A stretch of DNA of 46,290 nt from Nitrososphaeraceae archaeon (GTDB lineage: Archaea; Thermoproteota; Nitrososphaeria; Nitrososphaerales; Nitrososphaeraceae), in the NCBI GenBank assembly GCA_035297365.1, contig DATGZA010000079.1, forward strand, positions 1 through 46,290, in the 5' to 3' direction. Below the pieces are notes generated by a model. The model saw nothing but the letters and a program-made list of their open reading frames with translations. It was not told the origin of the DNA and did not search any database. The translations under genes were made by a program, and so were the position numbers. How positions within the stretch are numbered: position 1 is the stretch's first letter; every line of letters starts with the position of its first letter. Shown here piece after piece: positions 39,189 through 46,290 of the stretch.

Positions 39189-39656
39189 TTGATGTCCGAG
39201 ATCAACCAACTTTTAGTAAGACGTATAGAACAAGGAACAGTGATTGATCATATAGATCCTGGAAAGGCCTTTAATGTTCTAAAGACTCTTAACATTACTG
39301 GAAGTGATGGAAACATAGTTACTGTGGCATTAAATGTACCAAGCAGCAAAAGACAAAAGAAAGATATCATAAAAATAGAAAATAAATTCTTAGCTAACAG
39401 TGATACAGATAGAATTGCACTGATATCGCCACATGCAACAATAAATATTATAAAAAATTACAAGGTAGCCGAAAAACGCAAAATACAAGTACCAGATTTT
39501 ATTACTGGGATTTTTAAATGTTCTAATATTAATTGCATTACTAACGAAGAAAAAAATATCATTCCAACTATAGTGTTATTAGATAAGACAGACATTGTAT
39601 TAAAATGTAAATATTGTTCCAGGATATTAGACATCAATGATTTGGAAGAGATATGA
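39189..39656 (+). CDS. pyrI: Aspartate carbamoyltransferase regulatory subunit
   Basis: GTVIDHI, KDIIKIE, ATINII, C.N.NCITN, CKYC. Confidence 0.96.
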   Translation: MMSEINQLLVRRIEQGTVIDHIDPGKAFNVLKTLNITGSDGNIVTVALNVPSSKRQKKDIIKIENKFLANSDTDRIALISPHATINIIKNYKVAEKRKIQVPDFITGIFKCSNINCITNEEKNIIPTIVLLDKTDIVLKCKYCSRILDINDLEEI

Positions 39657-40160
39657 AACATTAGTCACCATAGAAGCCATTTATATAGTATAACAAAAAA
39701 AGAAAATAAATTACTTTTTAAGGAAAGAAAACAGATGCCGATTAAAATAAATTCATTTAACAAATTTTAAATAGGTAATTTGTCTAATAAGAACATTTTT
39801 GCAGTATTAATAATTAATAGAAATTATTAATATCACTATTTTTATAGGGCCGTTGGTAGAAGTTAAATAAAATTTGGTTGCGAACTGTGTTTCTTGAAAT
39901 TTGTTAAAGATAATTAACAGAAACATTATGTTGTTACCAAATTTATCCTTAATTATTGATATAAATAATAAATCAGTATTCGAATATTATTACATATTGG
40001 ATTTTCTTTTTTAAATTTCTTACGAAAACTTTATGAATAGTTCAACTCCTTGACTAAAAGAAATTTACCAACTACTTTTTTAACTTAGCATGTCGATTTT
40101 TTGGTAAAAGAATAAAGAAAAAAATACGTTAAATTTTGATGGATGTGTTCCTATTCGATT

Positions 40161-40748
40161 CTATTCTACAGAAGAATCTCCTCTGCATTCTTCGCAATTA
40201 AATGTCCCATCAGTATATTCTAATAAATCAGACCATTCTCCACATTCATCACAATAACCAGAAATATTACCACGAGGAAGACCTATCTCGCCTCGTAAAA
40301 GAGCCGACTTCTCAGAAACAACATCGATTAATTCAGGAGTTACTGCAATCACATCGGAAGCAGAGATGATTCCTACGACTTTATTTTTATAAACTACTCC
40401 TAGTCTCTTGATATTATGTTTTCTAAACATCCTAGCTGCTTCTGTAATTGTTGCCTCACCTTCGATAGTATGTAATTTCTTCATAATATCAGAAGCTTTT
40501 ATTGAACTAGGCAGAACATCTTTAGAAAGACCCTCTGAAACTATATCCCAATCAGTGACTAATCCAACTGGATTTTCGCCGTCGAAGATTATTATACTGC
40601 CTATTCTTTCTTGTTTCATTTTTTTTGAGATTTCCTTCAAATTAGAATCAGGAGATGCAGAAATTATAGGACTGTTCATAATGTCACGTACCAAAACCTT
40701 TGTAGGCATATTTGCATCACGATGTTTGCTTCCTAAACGTTCATCCAC
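40161..40748 (-). CDS. CBS-pair protein with C-terminal zinc ribbon; likely start ATG 40709
   Basis: VRDIMNSP, GLVTDWDI, GIISASDV; CDECG..CEEC. Confidence 0.9.
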   Translation of the reverse strand: MDERLGSKHRDANMPTKVLVRDIMNSPIISASPDSNLKEISKKMKQERIGSIIIFDGENPVGLVTDWDIVSEGLSKDVLPSSIKASDIMKKLHTIEGEATITEAARMFRKHNIKRLGVVYKNKVVGIISASDVIAVTPELIDVVSEKSALLRGEIGLPRGNISGYCDECGEWSDLLEYTDGTFNCEECRGDSSVE

Positions 40749-40804
40749 ACATTTTTTTTGTCATATTAGTTTAATTACTTTACTACAATTTTCAAGAATT
40801 AGAG

Positions 40805-42799
40805 TCAGATATATTTATCTCCTTTCTCTATAGAAAATAACTTCATTTTACCTGGCGGTAATAATCTTATTATATCATCGACTGAAGTTTGTTTTAAGAA
40901 TTCAATTAAGGTATCGTTCTTTTCGTTGTTAATTTTATCCAAATTCTTGATTAGTTCTGTCTTTAATTTTTTTGCTGCGTTCATTGGATCAATTCCTCCT
41001 GGCAATAGGATAACGTAAATTATAGATTTTATCTTTACAGAATTTTGTGGCCCACAGATCACATTATACGAATCTTGTTCTTTGAAAACTCCGAATGCCA
41101 GCTTTAGATTTATTCCCTTTATATAATTTCTTTTTCCTTCTATCACAAACGAGCCTTTTGGAAGAAATTGTCCTGTAGGTGCACCTTTTTTCACTTGATC
41201 TGGAAATACCCAATATGCATCTGCAGTAGACAATCCTTCCCGCCATGCCCTACTAAAAGAAATTGTTGCTGTTGCCGCCTCAAGGATATTTTGATCGTCT
41301 TGTTCAATCGAATTTGAGGTAGAATTTAAATTTTTTATTAAGAAAAAAGGAGAACCATGTATCTCAGCATGAAAGACAATATCCTGATCTGTCATATGTT
41401 TTCTAATTATTGCAGAATTTGAGGATGCATCTCTACCACCTATGACTAAGAAACCTCCAGATGTTAAAAACCAGCGATATCGTTCAAACCATTCTCTTGA
41501 TTTTTGTTTTTTAAATTTGAGGTTTTTTTCTGCTATTGATGTCCTTTTCTTCAGATCATTGATTTCAGTTAATATTTTAGATCTAAGTGTATCTATTTTT
41601 TCACCACCGCGTTCCAATTCCTTTGCTCGAGCATACAATTGTGACGAAACCTTTGGGATATTCGCTTCAAGAGGAATTTGTTCATCCATAATTTGTAAAT
41701 ATTTTTTTCCTTTTTCTAACAATATTTTGCCAGAGTATTTTTTTAGTAAACTTTCAAGGTCTAAAATGCTTGACGATGAAATTTGCATTAGTTCTAATGC
41801 CAGCTTTCTAATTGAATTTGATTTTGCTATTACTTGTTGTTTTGCTTTATCCTGTTCGATGAGATCATGCTCAAGAGCGACAACTTTTTTATCTATTTCG
41901 TGTGTAAAGATTTTTTTCCCGATATTCATTATTTCATTTGTTAATACTCGGTCTATCGCATCCATGAAAGAATTTGTAGAACAGACATTCAGATCATTCA
42001 TATTGGATAACTTTCTATGCGATGCAATAATGGGGTTGTTTTCCTCATCTAAAATGATTACTGGTTCATGTTTGTTGTCATCAAGCACCTCATCAATTAA
42101 ACCTTGAATATTGGTAAAAATTCTACAAAGCTCATCTTCTGATAGCTCGCGAATTTTTTTACACTGAATATTACTACGAGATAGAATTTCTTCTGAGAAC
42201 TTTTTAGGAAATGAAAAAATCCTTCCTAGCCATCTTGCCATATCCAAGTTTGTGTTTCCCTCCTTTATTTCTGATTTGATATCAGAATAAGATATTTGAA
42301 ATACGTCTAGACCTCGGGAAGGAGGAGCAACGTAATTCATTCCAACTCGCAATATTCTATGACGCACCTCAAGAGGCGTCAGAATCGAGATAATATTCAT
42401 TTTTTCGTCACACAAAATAATATTTCCGTTTCCAAAAAATTCACAAATAAGTAACCTGATGTTTCCATCATAGTCAGCAAATTTTATATTTATTATTCTC
42501 TCTGAATCTAATTGTTCCAAAGTCAGAATTCGAGATCGTTCCAATTCCTTTTTCATATTCTTAACAAAGTTATTTTCTTCTAATTGTCGAAATCCTATTT
42601 TCGATATCCAAATTCCCTTGACAGATATCATTAGGATAATATCTGGATGGTCGGAATGATGCAATTTAATTGTGAATGAATCCTTTGTAATTCCTGAAAT
42701 CTGACTCACATAATACCCATCTAATAATTTATCGTTGATATGATTAACGATATAACGTAATTCGATACTGGATAATTCCAACATCAAGTAAAATATCAA
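40805..42799 (-). CDS. rqcH: Ribosome quality-control factor RqcH/NEMF (NFACT family)
   Basis: EFFGNGNIIL, WFERYRWF, GGRDASSN, FHAEIHGSPF, LPKGSFVIEGKRN. Confidence 0.93.
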   Translation of the reverse strand: MIFYLMLELSSIELRYIVNHINDKLLDGYYVSQISGITKDSFTIKLHHSDHPDIILMISVKGIWISKIGFRQLEENNFVKNMKKELERSRILTLEQLDSERIINIKFADYDGNIRLLICEFFGNGNIILCDEKMNIISILTPLEVRHRILRVGMNYVAPPSRGLDVFQISYSDIKSEIKEGNTNLDMARWLGRIFSFPKKFSEEILSRSNIQCKKIRELSEDELCRIFTNIQGLIDEVLDDNKHEPVIILDEENNPIIASHRKLSNMNDLNVCSTNSFMDAIDRVLTNEIMNIGKKIFTHEIDKKVVALEHDLIEQDKAKQQVIAKSNSIRKLALELMQISSSSILDLESLLKKYSGKILLEKGKKYLQIMDEQIPLEANIPKVSSQLYARAKELERGGEKIDTLRSKILTEINDLKKRTSIAEKNLKFKKQKSREWFERYRWFLTSGGFLVIGGRDASSNSAIIRKHMTDQDIVFHAEIHGSPFFLIKNLNSTSNSIEQDDQNILEAATATISFSRAWREGLSTADAYWVFPDQVKKGAPTGQFLPKGSFVIEGKRNYIKGINLKLAFGVFKEQDSYNVICGPQNSVKIKSIIYVILLPGGIDPMNAAKKLKTELIKNLDKINNEKNDTLIEFLKQTSVDDIIRLLPPGKMKLFSIEKGDKYI

Positions 42800-42891
42800 A
42801 GCTAAATATTAACTAAAAAAAGAAAGTTTGCAAAAAAAAATTAGAAAATTATTAGTTAAGGACCGGAAGGAATTAAACTTGGTTTTATTAA

Positions 42892-43203
42892 ATGAAAATA
42901 AATCGTTTGGAGTCAACAGATAAAATTTATTACATGAGGGGAATTTTAGGAGTAATTGCAGGATTAACCATAGGTGCTATAATAGCTCCTGGTACTGCAC
43001 AATCAACTGTATTGGGAATAATAATTCTTATCGGAGTACTCTTTTATTTGATTTCATATTTTACCTCAAAGAAAATGATAAATGATGTTCCAAAGTCGGA
43101 AACAAGAAAATTCATCATGAATGGAATATTTCCTTTCATTTTCCTTTTGTTATTGTTTATGATAATGATGTATACTGGCTTACATCAAGATCTAGCATCA
43201 TAA
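42892..43203 (+). CDS. Three-TM membrane protein, EMC6/Rab5ip-like
   Basis: YYMR..LGVIAGL..G first helix and GI..FI.L....Y last helix; 103 aa. Confidence 0.6.
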   Translation: MKINRLESTDKIYYMRGILGVIAGLTIGAIIAPGTAQSTVLGIIILIGVLFYLISYFTSKKMINDVPKSETRKFIMNGIFPFIFLLLLFMIMMYTGLHQDLAS

Positions 43204-43220
43204 ATAAACAGGAAAGAAAA

Positions 43221-43814
43221 ATGTTGTGGAATTATAAAACGGCAGGGATACCTGATGAACTTTTTTCACGAACCGAAGAAGTTCCTATTACAAAAGAAGA
43301 AGTTCGATCGATAATTATAAGTAAGCTAAGGTTAAAAGAAAATTATAATGTAATCGACATTGGAAGTGGAAGCGGAAGCATAACTGTTGAACTCTGTTTA
43401 CAATGTTTGAGAGGAAATGTTTATGCAATAGATTTTGACCAAAAAGCAATAGATTTAACAAAAGAAAATTTAAGAAGGTTTAATGTTTATGCAAATGTCA
43501 TTCATGGAAAAGCACAGGATTTACTAGATTCCTTTCCTAATGTCAATGCCATAGTAGTAGGCGGAACTACAGGAGAAACAGAAAAAATCATAAACCAAGC
43601 AATAAGTAAACTCGAAATAAATGGTAGGCTTGTGATATCTACTATTCTAGTGGAGACGATGTTTAGAGCTATGAAAACTATGAAAGAATCAGATCTTATG
43701 ACAGATATTGATTTTACACAGATATCAATCCTAAAAGGAAGGAATACATCTACCGGAACTATGATGTTGGCTCGAAATCCGGTCTTGATAATTTCTGCTA
43801 CAAAAAAATCTTAA
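43221..43814 (+). CDS. cbiT: Precorrin-6B C15-methyltransferase (decarboxylating)
   Basis: GIPDELF, PITKEEVR, DIGSGSGSI, ARNPV. Confidence 0.93.
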   Translation: MLWNYKTAGIPDELFSRTEEVPITKEEVRSIIISKLRLKENYNVIDIGSGSGSITVELCLQCLRGNVYAIDFDQKAIDLTKENLRRFNVYANVIHGKAQDLLDSFPNVNAIVVGGTTGETEKIINQAISKLEINGRLVISTILVETMFRAMKTMKESDLMTDIDFTQISILKGRNTSTGTMMLARNPVLIISATKKS

Positions 43815-43869
43815 AATAGACATCTGTAATATTTCATCATTTAAATAGCTCATTCCTCAATAACGTTCG

Positions 43870-44595
43870 ATGAAACTTTTTTGTATCGGTTGCGGTCCAG
43901 GTGATCCAGAACTATTAACATTAAAGGCTTTTAAATTAATTAGAGATGCTGAGGTAATCTTTGTTCCAACCACAAAACCTGATAAAAATAGTATTGTACT
44001 ATCGATAGTTGAAAAATATATTGATAAGAAAGCACTAATAAAAAATTTAATCTTTCCAATGGTAAAGGATAGAAATTCGTTAAAGGAATATTGGAAAGTC
44101 AATGCAGACGAAATCGCAAATGTCGTACGAAATGGAAAGAGAACTCTTTATCTTACTGTCGGTGACCCATCAATATACAGTACTTGGATTTACATACAGA
44201 GAGAGCTAAGAAGAAATCACACTGACATAGAGGTAGAAATAATTCCGGGTATTCCATCCATCTTTGCTTTTGCAGCCGAAGCTAAAATGAGTTTGGTAGA
44301 AGGAGATGAAAATCTTTCCATAGTGCCAGCATGTTATGATCTTAATAAAGTGAGAAATATTGCAAGAAGTTCCGATACAATAGTATTCCTCAAAGATGGA
44401 AGATATTTTGATAGTGTTATAGAAATGCTTTCAGAAACAGGATTTCCTGATAGCTCCAAAATAGCAATAGCTCAAGACGTATCAGTTGATGGAAACATAC
44501 TTGATATAAAAAATCTTGGAGAAATAAAAGGAAAAAAACAACCAAGTCAAAAATACTTCTCTATAATGGTGGTAAAAAGAAATGATAGACAATAA
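43870..44595 (+). CDS. cbiL: Precorrin-2 C20-methyltransferase (CbiL/CobI)
   Basis: GPGDPELLTLKA, FPM, GDPSIYST, PGIPS, YFSIM. Confidence 0.94.
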   Translation: MKLFCIGCGPGDPELLTLKAFKLIRDAEVIFVPTTKPDKNSIVLSIVEKYIDKKALIKNLIFPMVKDRNSLKEYWKVNADEIANVVRNGKRTLYLTVGDPSIYSTWIYIQRELRRNHTDIEVEIIPGIPSIFAFAAEAKMSLVEGDENLSIVPACYDLNKVRNIARSSDTIVFLKDGRYFDSVIEMLSETGFPDSSKIAIAQDVSVDGNILDIKNLGEIKGKKQPSQKYFSIMVVKRNDRQ

Positions 44596-45361
44596 TTTTG
44601 TTTATTTTGTTGGATCTGGACCTGGTGATCCTGAATTAATTACCATAAAAGCTAAGAATATTTTAGAAAATGCAGATATAGTGATTTACTCCGGCTCTTT
44701 GTTGAACCCGGAGATTCTAAGGTATGCTAAGAAGGATGCGATGTTATATGATGCAGCATTCTTAGATAGGGAAGAAATTTTTAGAATTTTAAGAGACAAT
44801 GCAAAACAAGGTAAATTGGCCATAAGATTTCATGATGGGGATCCTGGATTATTTAGTACAATAAGAGAACAAATTGATAAATTAGAAAAAGATGGATTAA
44901 GATGTAAAGTAATTCCAGGAATCACTGCTATACTAGGGGCAGCATCATCAATAAACTTAGAATTGACATTACCAGGAATCACTCAAACTGTAATTATAAC
45001 CAGAGCAGAATTCAGAACTCCAGTTCCTGATAGAGAAAAAATTTCGGAATTAGCTAAACACGGAGCGACAATGGTTTTTTATTTAAGTGTCCATTTAATA
45101 AAAGATGTCGTTGCTGAATTACTAAAAGGGGGAGTATATACTGCCAAGACTCCTGTTGCTATAATTTACAAGGCTACGTGGAAAGAGGAAAAAATAATTA
45201 AAGGAACTCTGCAAGATATTGCAGAAAAAACTTTAAAGGAAAAAATAATTAAAACTGCATTAATAATTGTTGGAGACGTAATTCGACCTTCTACATACCA
45301 GTTTTCAAAGGTTTATGATTCTGGATTTACTCATGGATATAGAAAAGGGAGAAAACAATAA
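44582..45361 (+). CDS. cbiF: Precorrin-4 C11-methyltransferase (CbiF/CobM)
   Basis: GPGDPELITIK, YSGSL, RFHDGDP..IREQI, ELTLP..TQTVIITR, SKVYD..FTHGYR. Confidence 0.95.
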   Translation: MIDNNFVYFVGSGPGDPELITIKAKNILENADIVIYSGSLLNPEILRYAKKDAMLYDAAFLDREEIFRILRDNAKQGKLAIRFHDGDPGLFSTIREQIDKLEKDGLRCKVIPGITAILGAASSINLELTLPGITQTVIITRAEFRTPVPDREKISELAKHGATMVFYLSVHLIKDVVAELLKGGVYTAKTPVAIIYKATWKEEKIIKGTLQDIAEKTLKEKIIKTALIIVGDVIRPSTYQFSKVYDSGFTHGYRKGRKQ

Positions 45362-45402
45362 AATTTTTATCATGAAGATTTAATTTTTTTATAATTTTTG
45401 GA

Positions 45403-46104
45403 CTATAATTTTGTAAGATCACTGTAATCCTTAATGTATTCAATATGTTCTTTGTACAGTGGATCGAATTCTTTAACGATTTGCCAGAATTTTGCAGAGT
45501 GGTTAAACTCCTTTATATGAGCCAGTTCATGAATTACTATATATTCAATCACATCAAGTGGAAATGCACTTAAGTACAGATTGAAATTTAGGTTTTTTTT
45601 GGTAGAACAACTTCCCCACGTAGTCGAATTATTCTTTATTCGTACATTATTGTAACTAATGTCCATTTTTTTACCCATTTCTGCAAGTTTTTCGTGTATT
45701 ATCATACGAGTCTGTTCTTTGTACCAATTAGTTATATTTTGTTTATAATTTCTTTTTTTGCTAACGTGGAATGTAATTTTTTGTAATGAATTGGAAACTA
45801 TGATAGTCTCTAATTCATCTTTAACTATGTTAAGATAAAATTTTTTACCAAATAATAATAAATATTTATCTTCGTATTTTTTTGCGTAATCAATATTATT
45901 TTTTTTATAATTATAATAATTTTTTAAAATCCAGTTTTTATTTTCATCTAGAAATTTTTTTAAATTGTATTCACTGTGCTTATTCGGAACAGTAATAAAA
46001 AAACCGTGAATATTTGCAGTTAAAGAGATTTTAGACGCCCGCTTTGATTCTTTCTTCTTTAGATATATAATTTCTTTTTCTGAAACTATAAATGAAATCA
46101 TCAT
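45403..46104 (-). CDS. YgjP/DUF45-like zinc metallohydrolase
   Basis: WGSCS, YIVIHELAH..NHSAKFW. Confidence 0.9.
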   Translation of the reverse strand: MMISFIVSEKEIIYLKKKESKRASKISLTANIHGFFITVPNKHSEYNLKKFLDENKNWILKNYYNYKKNNIDYAKKYEDKYLLLFGKKFYLNIVKDELETIIVSNSLQKITFHVSKKRNYKQNITNWYKEQTRMIIHEKLAEMGKKMDISYNNVRIKNNSTTWGSCSTKKNLNFNLYLSAFPLDVIEYIVIHELAHIKEFNHSAKFWQIVKEFDPLYKEHIEYIKDYSDLTKL

Positions 46105-46132
46105 ATAGGTAACAAAATAAGGAGTTTAAAGA

Positions 46133-46290
46133 CTACCTATATTGAATTAGTCCACTCTTTGTTCCAGGTTTCATCTCTCTTTGATTCTTTACCTTTCTTA
46201 CTGCGTCTTCAAAGTGACGCATTGTGACCTTGGCTTCCATGGTGTGTTTTGATGCTTCTTCAGGTGTAGGATATTTTGCTATGTATTCAT
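46133..46290 (-). CDS. cdc48: 3' end of a CDC48/VAT-family AAA+ ATPase (partial, runs off the window)
   Basis: Translates EYIAKYPTPEEASKHTMEAKVTMRHFEDAVRKVKNQREMKPGTKSGLIQYR*; V.MRHFE.A..KV lid motif and penultimate Tyr. Confidence 0.75.
   Translation of the reverse strand, partial: EYIAKYPTPEEASKHTMEAKVTMRHFEDAVRKVKNQREMKPGTKSGLIQYR

Noticed and set aside
39840-39900. GGGCCGTTGGTAG resembling a tRNA 5' end
   Set aside because: No T-arm or complementary acceptor strand follows

Overview
AT-rich archaeal chromosomal window. Gene content points to an ammonia-oxidising Nitrososphaerota (thaumarchaeon), most likely a low-GC soil lineage such as Nitrosocosmicus (inference). It is mostly housekeeping: cobalamin genes scattered over four loci (cbiG-cbiX-cbiC, cbiD, cbiH, cbiT-cbiL-cbiF); Rieske/cytochrome b/blue-copper complex III genes; an intron-containing tRNA-Arg(UCU); secE, Lrp, rpl12, rpl1, rpl10; proteasome beta, citrate synthase, Sm, metK, RIO2, AsnRS, TyrRS; rpoL-TFS-PCNA, aspartate kinase, sucCD, pyrI, RqcH and the 3' end of a CDC48 gene. 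Three decayed IS remnants of different families (IS5, IS6, IS1595) lie in intergenic gaps. No CRISPR array, rRNA or intact mobile element was seen, and no complete multi-gene novel system is evident. The best leads are an orphan MORC-type GHKL ATPase between rpl10 and a catalytically dead proteasome beta subunit, a rhomboid protease with an Hsp20-like C-terminal domain, three unannotated microproteins (45-aa 8-Cys, 57-aa zinc ribbon, 48-aa), and a CbiX whose metal-binding histidines survive only in the C-terminal domain. All family calls come from motif recognition; no database searches were run.
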